This document shows positions 49,105-62,160 of a DNA stretch of 64,000 nt, one piece after another. The position numbers and the translations under genes are program-made. The notes beneath the pieces were generated by a model. That model saw nothing but the letters and a program-made list of their open reading frames with translations, was not told the origin of the DNA and ran no database searches. The DNA is from Felis catus (taxonomy: Eukaryota). Positions within the stretch are counted from its first letter, which is position 1. Each line of letters begins with the position of its first letter. Where the stretch lies: the NCBI RefSeq assembly GCF_018350175.1, contig NC_058368.1, positions 97,528,001 to 97,592,000 of the forward strand, given 5' to 3'.

Positions 49105-50106
49105 TTGCTTCATTGTCTCTTATGTGTATTTGGCCGATAATTCAGGGAGATAATGCAGAGTTAGAGTATCACATGGTTTCACAAAGCTCCTGGAAAAAAG
49201 AAAAATTTCTTAGGTTCTCCTATAGCAAATACAGATGGGTGATAGAAACAATTGGTGTGACAACCCATTTGCACACTGGAGATGCTTTACTAGTACGCAA
49301 TTGTCTACCCAATGTATAGGTATGACCTATGTAATAGAACTTAAGCCCTACAGTATATCAGCCCCGAGTGAGCGTTAAATACATTTTAAAATCTGTATTC
49401 CTCCCACGTGCACGATACTTCCCAAAACTCCAGTATTTTCATCCTATTGCTTCTAGGTCAGGCTTGAGCCCCAGGATCCCATTATCAAAGTGAGGTCCAA
49501 GTGTTCATTTGGCTCCTTGAATGAGGTTCTTTGTGTAGAGTACTTCTCAGCCCAAAGACCTATCAACAAATGAGACACTTTCTGTGCCTTCCACACACCA
49601 AACACAGTTGTGAGACAGATAATACGGCTATCTCCTATTCTAAAAGAGGGGAAATCGGATTCACAGAGTAGTACCTGGTCCATAGAGATTCGTAAGTGTA
49701 AGTGGGCACCAGTCACCAGTCCCTTGAGTAATCCTCTTGCCTGGGATTAATTCTCCACTGCTCTTGCCTCCACCATGAGCTGTTTTTTGAGGTGGTGGTG
49801 GTGGTGGTAGTGGTGGTGGTGGTTGTTTAAGCACTGAGTTAGCCTTTTTCTAAAAATGGCCCATGTTTTTAACTGAAAAAGAGTGTCAGCCTATTTCTTG
49901 ATGAGAAGTTTCAGGGTTCAAAGTCTTCTTTACATTTTATGCTATCCCCATCCCTAAGTTGAATCTAGTAAATTTGCTTTTAAAAACTGTGTGTAATACA
50001 CTCAGAAGAAAGCCACACCCATGCTGTTTTCTCAAACAGCCTCTTAACTACTTGAGCTACCTCCAAATTTGCTGTGGTATACCACATTAAGATTCTTAGA
50101 AACTCC

Positions 50107-50330
50107 AGGGGTGCCTGGGTGGCTCAGTCGGTTGAGCGTCTGACTTCAGCTCAGGTCATGATCTCGCAGTTGATGAGTTCAAGCCCTGTGTCAGGCTCTG
50201 TGCTGACAGCTCAGAGCCTGGAGCCTTCTTCAGATTCTGAGTCTCCCTCTCTCTCTCTCTCTGCCCCTTCCCTGCTCATGCTCTGTGTCTCTCTGTCTCA
50301 AAAATAAATAAACATTAAAAAAGTTTTGAA
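50107..50330 (+). mobile_element. Can-SINE
   Basis: TSD aagattcttagaaa. Confidence 0.93.
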
Positions 50331-50734
50331 AAGATTCTTAGAAATTCCATTATCTCCTAAAAAGGATCTACATGGCACACCCTGAAATCTTTCTGAGATC
50401 TCAACAAAATGACTTAGTAAACAGAATTTTGGCTATATCTCTACCTTGAGACCCTTGTAATTCATAACAATATTGAATAATTTTTTTAAATAAAACCATG
50501 AAGCCATTGTTAGGTAGAGAGACCCATGTGTGCATGCACACACACACACACACACACACAGATAATTCACACATAGAAGGAGCTAGCACACCAACTCTTC
50601 TCTGCAGATTGGTAATTGGAGGAAAAAGAAGGGATGTGATTGCAGGAGAACAGCATGGGAGTCATAGCTCACCAGGTGAGGGTGCTGTGCTAGGCATATT
50701 CCAGAAGTAGGAGCCTTCCTGTTTATTGTTTTGA

Positions 50735-51155
50735 TTTATTTTAATTTTTTTTAATGTTAAACATTAAGCTTAATGTTGTGCACAAGCGGGGGAGAGGCAG
50801 AGAGAGGGAGACCCAGAATCTGAAGCAGGCTTGAGGCTCCAAGCTATCAGCACAAAGCCCAATGTGGGGCTCGAAACCACAAACTGCAAGATCATGACCT
50901 GAACTGAATTCCGACACTTAAGTGACTGAGACACCCAGGCGCCCCTTTTTGATTTTTTTTTATTTATTTTTGAGACAGAGCATGAGTGAGGAAGGGACAG
51001 AGAGAGAGGGGAGAGAGGGAGACACAGAATCCGAAGCAAGCTCCGGGCCCTGAGCTATCAGGACAGAGCTGGCACAGGGCTCGAACCCATGATCAGGTCA
51101 GATCATGACCTGAGCCAAAGTCGGGCACTTAACGGACTAAGCCACCCAGGCACCC
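50735..51155 (-). mobile_element. Two head-to-tail Can-SINEs (50735-50945 and 50946-51155)
   Basis: Two SINE bodies; the head of one (cccaggcgcccc) abuts the poly-T tail of the other. Confidence 0.9.
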
Positions 51156-51592
51156 TGATCCTTTCTTGTTTACAATCAAGTACAGGGTTGCCAACTTGGA
51201 CTAGACATTTCATGGGTAAGTACACAAGAGAACTCCATAAATAGAGCAGGAGTTTCAGACCATATTTGTAGAAAGAATCTTTTAGAGTAGAATTGTGTGG
51301 CCAAAGACAAGACAAAACAGAACAAGCCTTTGTAGTATTTGGGATAGGCATAAGTGAGGTTTGAGATGTTCAAAAAGGAGAAAATAATTGAGGTGAGTTG
51401 AGGGAGAACCCACATAGACAAGGAGTCCAGTGGTGCAGTCACAGAAAAATATGGGTTCTAACTAGGGGCAGCAGTTTTATTTCTGTACAGAATGGCTCAT
51501 AAGTTGGACACCTGGAACAGGCAGAGAACTTGTTTTCATGGGGAGGGTGGTTTATTGAATTGACCGAGATTGTGGATAAAGTCATCCTTTGA

Positions 51593-51800
51593 GGGGCGCC
51601 TGGGTGGCTCAGTCAGTTGAGCAACCGATTTTGGCTCGGGTCATGATCACGGTTTGTGAGTTCGAGCCCCGCATCAGGCTCTGTGCTGACAGCTCAGAGC
51701 CTGGAGCCTGCTTCGGAATCTGTGTCTCCCTCTTTCTGCTCCTCCCCCACTCATGCTCTGTCTCTCTGTGTCTCAGAAATAAACATTAAATTTTTTTTTT
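51593..51800 (+). mobile_element. Can-SINE
   Basis: SINE head; atcctttga flank repeat. Confidence 0.92.
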
Positions 51801-52544
51801 TAAAGCTATCCTTTGATGCAGGCAATAGTTCTAGCAAGCTTTCTTCAGAAGATCTGTGTTTTAGTTACTAAGTTATAGGAGATAAGTAATTCCGAATAGT
51901 GAAAAATACTCTGTGATGAAGGTATAATCACTAGTGATCTGTACTAGCTATGAGTGGGGGTTGTGGTCTATGGAAGTAATAGGAAAGATCATTGATTCCC
52001 AAATTTTTATTCTATCCTGAGTTTCTAGTCTGCATGATATTGAACAATTCTCCTACCCTACCCAATCTGCTCCTTGACTTCTTTTTTGGAAAGACATAGA
52101 TACTCTTGACTCATATTGTTACCTTAAGGACAAGATTATATGTTAAGATAATGCTTTGAAAAGAGAAATAGGACTGGAAAGAGTTGAAGCAGTGGGTAGT
52201 CAGATAATGATTTGGGGGATGGTGAAGTTGTAGCCATGTTTTGAGTCAGGTACATTCATTGACAAACTTAAATGAAATTATAGTTAGAGCACAAAGGACA
52301 CATAGGTGGTATTCCCATGGCTGCGTCTGAGGTGCACATCTCACTTCAGTGCTTTTGGTCTGCTGGAAAATGTTAGACCATATCTTCCTCCCCTCTTCAC
52401 ACTTCCTGGAGTGCTCTTTGCTCTGCCTGGAAAACTCCCATTCATCCTTTTTGACTTGCTTAGATGGAAGCTCTTTTGTGAAAACTCCATTCATCCCGAG
52501 AATGTGAGTCACTTCTGCTCTCCTTTGAGTATTTGTGCACACAT

Positions 52545-52760
52545 TTTATTTTTTAACTTTTTTAAATGTTTATTTTTGAGACAGAGTGACAGAGTGTGCT
52601 TGGGGGAGGGGCAGGGAGAGAGGGAGACACAGAATCTGAAGCAGGTTCCAGGCTCTGAGCTGTCAGCCCAGAGCCCGACGCGGGGCTCAAACTCACGAAC
52701 CGTGAGATCATGACCTGAGCCGAAGTCGGACCTTAACCAACAGAGCCACCCAGGTGCCCC
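52545..52760 (-). mobile_element. Can-SINE
   Basis: TSD tgtgcacacatttt / tgtgcatacatttt. Confidence 0.93.
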
Positions 52761-54779
52761 TGTGCATACATTTTTGCTGCACATTTCATGGTTCTTTGTA
52801 GTTATTTTCTTACACTGAAAAAAGGAGGCTGGCAATGAGTAAGCAGAGTTGGGGCTTCCAACAAAAGAGAAGAGTATAGGAGAAACTGGATCAGAAAATT
52901 TTTGAAAACTTTACAAATTTGTCTAAAGTTAGTTCCTACCTTCAGCTGGGCAGAAGCAAAACCAGGTATGCACAGAAGTATTTCCAGCTATCTAGCTGTC
53001 TCTAATCCATAGGATTTATAGGGTGTTGGAGTTTTGGTCTGGGAGGATACATTAATCCAGATGGAGCTGCAATTATTTAAAACTATAGGCACTCAATAAT
53101 GGACTAGGGATTAGATGATTCCTAGATCGTAATACTTTTTTTTTTATGATCCCACATTGGAAATATACAAGAGCTAGTCTGAAAGTGAAGTGATTCAAGT
53201 GTCTATTTGCTCAAGTAAGATAGGAAAGTGAATTACTTTGTTAATTTCTACATATTATTACACTGTGAAATAAGGTGGAGTCCTAAGTGTTTGCCAGAGT
53301 TAAAAGGAAGACTGGTAGTTCTCTGAAGACAGTAATGCAAGTCGCCTGAGATGGTAGAGTCCCCTTCCCCAGCCCCCTAAAGTAAGCCCGGAGGCAGTAG
53401 CCATTCTGCATGGTTTCTACCACTAGCACCTGTGGCCTGTCAGGTCTAGATGGCCCTAGTGAAGTGGGTGGCAGTGAGGGAAGGTGGCAGAGTCCTTGGA
53501 GAATTTTTAATTTCATATCATTTAAAAAATTTAGCATTTTTATGTTTTGCAAGGGAAGTATAGAACTTGAGAGGTTGAGGATAAAAGAGAAGGGATAGTT
53601 AATTGAATGTAGCCCATACAGCTAAAAGGGAGAGCTGGACAGGGGGAGGGCAGCAGAGAACCGTTGAGAGGGTTTGCTCGGATTCAGGGTGGTGAGAGGA
53701 AAGAAAGTCAAAATGAGTGGGTGCAGATGGTATTGTTGCCAGCTCCAGCAGGAAGTTGAGAAAACTCCCTCTTGATGATCTATATATTTTGTATGAAATA
53801 GGAAGTAGTAAGATGGTATATCAAGAGCAGGAAGGGTGGGGGAGGGAAAGATGTCTCAAGGAAAGGGGGAAAGATTGAACCCTTTTCATTCTACCCATGA
53901 TGTAGGAGAATATCCAGGCTCCCTGCAGATTTAGCTGAGATTAGACGCCATGAGTCTGTAGAAAGTCAAGTCTTACCTTTTTGGGTTCTTCTTGAGTAGT
54001 TCCTATGGAACATGTGGAGAGCTGGAAAAATTTGCCAGTTGAGTACAAGGAGAGGGCATTGAGGTACAGGAAAAGGAGGCACTGAGTGACTCAAGTGCTG
54101 GTTATTGGGGTTAGGCCGGGTAGGAAAGGAAGCCGACTGGGAGAAATACAAGTCTATGTGAGGTTAAAGGAAGAGTCAAAAATCAGGTCAAGCCTGAGAG
54201 ACTATAGTTGGAATATAGAATACTGAAGATAGATGATAGAATCTTTACATAGGTAAATATAGAAGGGGCTCTGGGCATTGCTGTTTTAGGGTGCAGTTGG
54301 GAACAAGGCAGATTACAGTGAAGCAATTACTGGGGTCCAGGTTGTAGCCACCATGACATCCTGGCTGACTCACAGCAGTCAAGCAGATGGTCTCCTCCTC
54401 ATCAAACACTTTGTGCTTTGTCCTAAGTCATCAAGTTTACACAGGGCAGATACATTACTAGAATTCTCGGTGGGTGGTGATGAATATCACTGCTCATGGG
54501 TATTCAGGGATCGTTTCTAATTATTTGGAGGTGGGGAAGGATGGGAGTGTACAAATTCTTCATCCTAATTTAGTTGCATCACTGCCGACTCAAAAAGTGT
54601 TTAGAAAGTAAGTGCCTTTGTCCCTCCCTCTATTAGGCAGCACCACCAAAGACTGAGCTTGCCAAACCAGAAACCCTGTGAATCAACCTAGATGACTCTC
54701 CTGCCCTCAACCCCCACATCTCATCAATTTCCAGGGCCTGCATGGGACTTCTTCTTTCCAACCACTTTTTTAGGCCTTC

Positions 54780-55278
54780 AGTGTCTGTATTCATTTTCCA
54801 CTACTGTCACAACAAATTACCACCAATATAAGGTTTTAAAACAACAAAAATTTATTATTTTACAGTACTATAGATACAGTATTGGTCTCAACAGGATAAA
54901 ACTAAAGTGTCACCTCAAGAGCTGAGTTCCTTTTTGTAGGCTCTAAGGGAGGATCCCCTTTCCCTGCTCAGTTGGGTTAATGACAGCATTCACTTCCTTG
55001 TGGTTGTAGGACTGAGGTTCACATTTTTTGTTGCTGAAGTCCAATCCCAACTTTAGAGGCCACCCATTCCTGGGCTCCTAAACCAGGCCCAGTTCCTCTC
55101 ATACTTTGAATCTCGTTCAAAGTTCACTTTATGGAACTCACATAATTATTTTAGATCCACTCAAATAATCCAGGATAAGCTCCCCATCTTGTGGTCTTTG
55201 AACTTAATCACATCCACAAAGTGTACCAGAGATTAGGGAGTGGACGTGTTTCCTAGATTCATTATTCTGCCGACCACA
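54780..55278. mobile_element. MaLR LTR (MLT1-like)
   Basis: acaaattaccac...taaaacaacaaaaatttattattttacagt...ataatccaggataa...attattctgccgaccaca. Confidence 0.8.
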
Positions 55279-56299
55279 GCATCCCAACCTGACATATTTC
55301 AATAACTTCATAAGCAAGTTTCCCAGCTCTGGCATTCTCTATGCTGTTTTCAGATTAACCTTTCTAGAACAACGAATGACATGTCTCCCATGATTTAAAT
55401 GCTTTACCCAGGGTCAAATTAATGCTCTTTAGCTCCCATAGGAAACAAAACAAAACAACCAAACAAGACACATTTGGATTTTGTCCTCTTTTGTTATTTT
55501 ACTTTCATTCCAATCTACACTTCACTTGTTCCCAACCCTTCTTAATACTTGAAAAATGCTTCCTGTGCCCATTTCTGCACCTGACTCATATTCCTTCTCC
55601 TAAACCCAGCTCAGACATCAATCACCTCCTTCAGGAAGGTTTTCCTGACACTCCCTTCCCCATAGCTATAGACACAGGAGAGTGTACTTTTCTAAACACC
55701 CTTGAGCCTTATGCATATTCCTATTTGGGGCATTAAACACAAATGTGTTGTGATTTTCTGGTCTATTTCACCTACAAAGTGTTTACGTTTGTGTCTCCCA
55801 GCCATATTGTGCCACTCCTAAATGTGTAACGTTGGGCAGGCTGTTTCACTTCACTATGCCTTCTCTTTCTCTTTGTGAAATTAAGGTAGCTATAGGATCT
55901 GTGAGGATTAGAACGGTGACCTGCACATACTAAGTTTTGCTAATATTAATATTCCCAACCCTCTCCACAGAGCCACCTTATAGGAGGTGTTTAATGGGTG
56001 TTTGTGGTATGGATGGATTGATCGTGCTCCCATTAAGGTCAGAACCTTCATGCACTGCTACCCCGGGTCAGGGCTCCTCAGCAGAAGTAAGGCCCAGATT
56101 CTGCCCCATCCCCAGAGGGAGAGCTAGCCGTTGGCCCCAAAGGCAGAAGTCCTAGTGAAGTCCGTGGAAGTGATTGAGACCAGACTAACTCCCTAGGAGC
56201 CAATTATCCTTTAACTGCAACCTCCGTGAATGGAAAGCAGGAATAATGAGTGTGTCAGACATCACCGGGTAGACTTGAGGCTAGTATAGGCTGCAAAGC

Positions 56300-56300
<1 letters not shown>

Positions 56301-56332
<32 letters not shown>
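56301..56332. repeat. Poly(A) tract, 32 nt
   Basis: Read directly from the sequence. Confidence 0.95.
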
Positions 56333-56334
<2 letters not shown>

Positions 56335-56579
56335 GGGATTGTGGGATTTGGGATTTAGGTGCTTATATATAGGGATATTTCTCATCAATACTAGTGGCAA
56401 ATGACACCAACAGTCATGCATATCTGTTTCATCTAGGCAGGGTGTAACCATGCATGAGCACATCTAACCGTCTCAACATACTGTGAGGCTGGTATCTCAT
56501 TTTTCAACTGAAGAAACAGAGGCCCAAACGTGTCCCTCAAGCCACCTGCCCCCTCCAGTGTATAGGTCTCTCCTTCCAG

Positions 56580-57720
56580 TCCGGATTCAGCTCCCAGGCC
56601 GTTGCCTGGCCCTCCTCCGCGTTCTAGGGAGCACCTGCCGCCCCACCCGGGGTGTCAGGTTGGGTTCGCCCCGTCCAGAATACCCGGTTGCTCCTCTCAG
56701 CCCCAGAGCCTCCTAGATCATTTACCTAGCCCTACTGCCCTACTTCTCCCGCGCTTTCTCCACTTCTCCTCTCCTCTTCCCGCCGGCTCAGCACGGGGAT
56801 TCCGAGCCCCTCCTCCCACCTCCGCCCCCGCTCTTATAGCTCCTTCTGGCCCCGCCCGCGGCATTATAGCTCCTCCCACACCCTGTCTCGGCTCCTCCTA
56901 CCTGGCGAGTTCGGACCGCAGCCTCCTGGCTCCGCCTCTCAGCTCCGTTTCGATCGTTTAGCCTCGCCCACATCCCCGCCCATGGCCTCTCCTCCCCGGC
57001 GGCCTCTGCCCTCACTCCCTTGGCTCCTCCTCTCAGCTCCGCCTCCGACTCCTAGCTCCTTATAGCCCCGCCCAGACCTTCTAGCTCCTCCTCCTGGCCC
57101 CGCCCCGACTTCCTAGAGCCGCCCGTAGCCCCGCCCCTGGCCCCTCCTCTCCCCCCGCCCCGGCCGCTCCGCTCCTCCCCGCGCCCGGCCCGCCCCGCCC
57201 CGCCCCCGGCCCCTGGCTCCTTTTCTCCCGCCGGCTCAGGCCCGCGCTCCGCTGATCGGTCCGCGGAAGCCCGCGAGCGTTCGAGCCGCTAGGGAACTCC
57301 GCGCCGTCAGATTTCCAGGTTCGCCTCTGTGTCCTGGCGCCACCGCGCCCTCCCTTCCGAGTAAGTGCCTCCCGGGCGCGCCGGTCTCTCCCACACCCTC
57401 GCGGGGCTCCCCCGGCCTCTGGGCTGCGGGCTGCTCCTGGGGGCGCGCTTTCCGCTCCCCTAGACTTTCGGGAGTGAGTGGGTGTGAGTGGGTGCATGTG
57501 AGCGAGTGTGTGTGTAAGTGTGTGTGCAGGCGCCCACAGCTCCGGAAACTCCCCGGAGTTTTACCCAGTTTCTCCGTCGCAGCGACTAATCTGAGACCTC
57601 CAGCTAGCAGCCCTTACCGACTTGGGCCGACCCCTTAACTTCCACCTCTTGCCCTGAGTCCCACTCGCGATTCCTTCCTTCCTTCCTTCTGTAGACGCGG
57701 CCCCCGCTATGTTGTCATGC
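56580..57720. promoter_or_regulatory. CpG island / TATA-less GC-box promoter (probable TNFAIP8 distal promoter)
   Basis: Abrupt GC- and CpG-rich segment in an AT-rich background; CCCCGCCC boxes at 56850, 56974, 57066, 57098, 57129, 57153 and ~57190. Confidence 0.9.
57215..57360 (+). other. TNFAIP8: Probable TNFAIP8 alternative first exon (5' UTR), ending at donor CGA|GTAAGT
   Basis: Consensus GTAAGT at 57361 inside the CpG island; resembles the recalled human TNFAIP8 exon 1 (ctccttttctcccgccggctc...ccga); DMXL1-TNFAIP8 synteny; start approximate. Confidence 0.7.
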
Positions 57721-57892
57721 CTGCCTGTTAACAGCTCATCCTGTCCAGAGGACTGCCCGGGTTATCACGATGCCCCAGATTGCAGACCGAGATGCTGGCC
57801 TGAGATTGTAATCCTACCCTGCATTGTAAAACGGGCAGACTAGAGTTTTTGCCTTGAGATCGTTTGGTGGAGATTTGCTTTGAAGAAGAAAG

Positions 57893-57920
57893 GTGTGTGT
57901 GTGTGTGTGTGTGTGTGTGT
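57893..57920. repeat. (GT)n microsatellite just downstream of the CpG island
   Basis: Read directly from the sequence. Confidence 0.97.
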
Positions 57921-58305
57921 CCGTCCTTGTGCCCGCTCGTGTGACACTCGAGCCCAAAGCACCTGATGCAGGAACATCTGATGAATGTCTTAGGACCCAG
58001 GGAAGCTGATAAGCATGTTCAAGCCAGGCTGACCAACCAAACTTTGACATTTCTGAAGGATGTTTATTGATTCAGTGACACAGTAATGCTAAAGCCAGCT
58101 AATTAACCAAAACACAGCACTCAGTAAAAAGGGCAGTAACCTGCGGGATCATGGAAGGAAGGGGACATATTGGAGAGCCCATTCTTGCAACAAAATCCTT
58201 GATTTACTTAAGACTCATAATTCCATGCCTCTGTAAATTATTTTATTGGGGGTGGGGTCAACACTACCTCAATATATGGTACATTTCTGCGTTAAAAAAA
58301 AGTTA

Positions 58306-58436
58306 GGGGCGCCTGGGTGGCACAGTCCATTGAGTATTCGACTCTTGATCTCAGCTCAGGTCTTGATCTCACAGTCCTGTGTTCAAGCCTAATGTTGGGC
58401 TTCTCACTGGGCATGAAGCCTACTTTAAAAAAAAAA
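58306..58436 (+). mobile_element. Short older Can-SINE lacking the CT region
   Basis: ggggcgcctgggtggcacagtc...gcctactttaaaaaaaa; aaaaaaaagtta TSD. Confidence 0.88.
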
Positions 58437-60970
58437 GTTAATTTAAAAGTTTAATTTTAATCTGTACTTGAATCCAAGCATAAAATGATTCCCTGGTTGC
58501 TGTGGTTCCATCTAATTCTAAGTCTCTGAATTCTGTATCTCGCTTTATTCTTGCTATGTTCTTGCCGTGAAAGTAGAGATCCCCATAAAATTTCCCCACT
58601 TCCTTGATAAGAATTCATTTAAGACATGCTGATATGGAGAAGACATATCAAATAGAAAATTTTCATTGAGGTGTAAGGGTGGCAGAAAACTTGGTGGCTA
58701 AAGGAAATCACCGAAACAGAGCAGCCTTTAAGTTGCCATTGTCTCTTGGCATATGAATGCACGAGTTGATAAATCACTTTAAGTGCTGCTTATCACAGCA
58801 GATATTTTTATCCTGGTTTCAATCCTGTGTTAACACAAAAGTGTTTCCACAGCGTTTTAACTAAGGAAACATTATGCTGTGAAATGTAAGCATATGACTC
58901 CATCTGTCTTAAAGGAAAGAAATAATTATCACACTTAATTAAACACCTGGAAACATTTATTGCCACCTTCTAATTAGATCTGTCATGGGGAGTTAAGTCA
59001 GCAAGTTATTGCTAATATTCTAGCTGGTAACACAATTAGCTTTTCTGTAGATTTTTGGACGGCTGTTTCCCCCACCCCCATAGCCATTAATTGCCTCTTC
59101 CGTCCCTTGCCTACCTTTTGAGTTTTTACCTGTAATTTGAGTAACTTGTTTGGGACAGTGAATTCTGCCTACCCTCCTGTAAAATGTGAAAGCTTTAGAT
59201 ATTGGATGTTTCGTATTAACTGTTTTGCATGAACAGATGTAGGCCTCCTAAGCCATTATATTCATCTAGGTTATCTGATAATAAATCACTGAATAGAAGA
59301 AAAGTATAGTGATTCTGCATGAATGGGCCCTTAAAATTTTTTTTTCTTTAAGGGAGGCCTTTAATCTCATGTGCCTTTTGGTCTAGTGTGTTTAAATTCA
59401 ATGAGAAAATGGGTGGTGTGACCTGGAAAATCTCATCTTCGTTGTCCCTTAATTTTCTGTTTCTGACTAGATTACCAGATAGAGTCTTCATCTCGATAGT
59501 GATGTGTTGTGAGCACAGGCCGTTGTGGGTTCCCAACAGAATGGAGGAAACCGAGGGTGAACGTGTACACCACAAGGACCAGAAACAGAGTTATTTTATG
59601 AGGTCTGTTCTCTGCAACTCTTTGCTCTTTTGAAATTGGAGGAAAGGATGTGTGGAGAGAAATGATTGCATCCAAACAGTACTCATTAGGAAATGCCATG
59701 TCGGGGGAGGAGTGAGTTTCTAGATGGTTTATGGCTCCGGGTAGCTTCACAGAGCTGATCCTTGCAATGGAGACTGCCATATTAATTGATCCACCTAATC
59801 CTTTTCTGCTTGGGACAGCCTCTTGGAACAAACACATTTCCTCCCGGAAGATTTCAAAGATTTCATCGGTGCTCAGTCAGAACGGAGTTTTGTTTCCGCA
59901 CCTCACAGAATTGTCAGTTCCCCATCCCCTCCATCTTGGCACACGTTGAAGGGATTGGACGTGGGGTCACCTTCAGAAGGCAGGGGAGGATCAGTGATAA
60001 CACGTAAGGGCCACCTGTTTTCTCACGGAGGGGAAAGGGAGCGTTAGTGTCATCCCAGGACCAGGAACGCTGCTTTGGGCAACGGGGCCATGCACAGGGG
60101 CCTACCTGGATAAAAGAGTGGCCAGTGTCCCCTCATGTGGCATTCTCAGAGCCTGAGCTCTGATACAGAAGTTCAGGGAAGCACTGGGTGTGGTGGTAGA
60201 TTAACTTTTATCACCTCACCCCTCCTCACGCTGACCACATCCTGCGTTTAATACCAAATGCACACAGTAAGAACTCAACAAACACTAGAAAGGAGCTTTG
60301 AACACCCGAACCTGTATGTTTTCCTGTGGGTAACAATTTACTTTCCACTCTCCTGTCCCTGGTTTTGATGACTGTGGCCCTGGAATCTGAGCCGACTGCA
60401 GTTTCTAGACTTTTGTCCATCAGTGGTGTTTACCAACAGCTGAACATGGATGATTTTTCAGGGTAAAAAAAAAAAGAAAATTCAGTGAACCTTGTTGCAA
60501 AATGTAAACGAGATCAAGTAGTATCCAGTGGACATCAGTTGGCATTCCACAGTTTGGTGTAAGAGGAGGAAATGAGCTACAAGTGGAGAGTAGATAATTC
60601 TAGAAATGAGCGGCACCAGGCCCTTTAGAGACCACATGGCCGGTGGGTCTAAGACCATAACTTTTGCTGTTGTACAAGTCTGGAGATGCATCCCCTCAGG
60701 CCATCTTGAAGGAGGGGAGCATCATTCTTTCACACAGCAGGGATTTATTGAGCTCCTACTGTGTGCACAGTCCTGCACAACCCTCTCATGTTCACACAGA
60801 GGGTTCTAGGGTTGTTGGAAACTTAGAAAGATGTTGGTAGGAACTGCCCCAGGTCTCTTGACAGTGGCAAAAGTGGGTTTAGAATTCTTCTGTTTCACAA
60901 AGTACAGGCACTTCCTTAGGATAGAAGAACCATTTTCAAAATGTTTTAATTTCACAGTAATAAGAAACCC

Positions 60971-61187
60971 AGGGACGCCTGGGTGGTTCAGTTGGTTATA
61001 CATCTAACTCTTGATTTCAGCTCAGGGCATGATCTCATGGTTTGTGAGTTTGAGGCCCGAGTAGGGCTCAGCGCTGACAGCCTGGAGCCTGCTTGGGATT
61101 CTCTCTTCCTTTCTCTTTCTGCCCCTCCCCCGCTCATGCCTGCACATGCTCTCTTTCAAAATAAACATTAAAAAAAAAAAGAAAGAA
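60971..61187 (+). mobile_element. Can-SINE
   Basis: SINE head, CT tract, A-tail. Confidence 0.92.
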
Positions 61188-61380
61188 ACTGAAATAAGCA
61201 CATTTCTTCTGATGTCTTTTTCAAAAAACCAGCAGTATAATTGTGATAATCCTGATTCCATAGGACTTTGTTTCCTTAGCTTTTTATGTCGGGCAGAGAA
61301 GTTATCTGAGAAACTTGTTTTAAAATGTCATAGGTTGTGCACTAATCACTTAATATCCACCCGTTTTTAGAGGGCTGCTT

Positions 61381-61617
61381 TTTTTCTTTCTTTTTTTTTT
61401 TTAATTTTTTTTTTCAACGTTTATTTATTTTTGGGACTGAGAGAGACAGAGCATGAACGGGCGAGGGGCAGAGAGAGAGGGAGACACAGAATCGGAAGCA
61501 TGCTCCAGGCTCTGAGCCATCAGCCCAGAGCCCGACGTGGGGCTCGAACTCACGGACCGTGAGATCGTGACCTGGCTGAAGTCGGACGCTTAACCGACTG
61601 CGCCACCCAGGCGCCCC
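61381..61617 (-). mobile_element. Young felid SINEC_Fc
   Basis: Near-identical to 2955-3189; ggctgctttttt flank repeat. Confidence 0.94.
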
Positions 61618-62039
61618 AGGCTGCTTTTTTTCTAGAAGCAGGTACTTAGGGTTCAGAACCAAGGTAGCAGAGGTTCAGAACCATCTGCAGGGTTAGACGG
61701 GCCTTGACAAATTTGTTTGCCCAGCGTTGTGCTTTTTTATGTAGAATGAGAGGGATTCTAGACCAACAGGACCGTATTTCTCTCAAGGTGACTGGGGGCC
61801 AGGGGTGTAATCATCTTCCCCACCATAAAAAAATGGGTGAGAGGTCACAGGAATGGGCCTCTGCTCGAGCACCCCAAGCTGATTTATAAACAAATTGAGG
61901 TTTGTTTCTTTAATAACAGAGAATGGAATGAAATCCAAAATTCCACTTGTTGTAGTTTCCGTAAACATTGGAAAAAGGATGATTTTTAGTTTAGTCACGA
62001 AGTGGTTGGTTCACATGAGTCTGCGGGAATCAGCTGTTC

Positions 62040-62160
62040 ATGTCTCAGCCACACTGGCTGTGTGACTTTGGACAATCCACTTAACCTCTCTGGGCCTGTT
62101 TCTTCACCTAAAAACTGGGGATAGTATTTACATCACAGGTTTGTTTTGTGGATTGAAAAG
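62040..62160. mobile_element. MIR fragment
   Basis: MIR core ctgtgtgactttggacaatccacttaacctctctgggcctgtttcttcacctaaaaactggggata. Confidence 0.75.

Noticed and set aside
57081..57497. 138-aa G/A/R-rich minus-strand ORF and neighbouring ORFs in the CpG island
   Set aside because: Expected from stop-codon scarcity in GC-rich DNA; low-complexity translation
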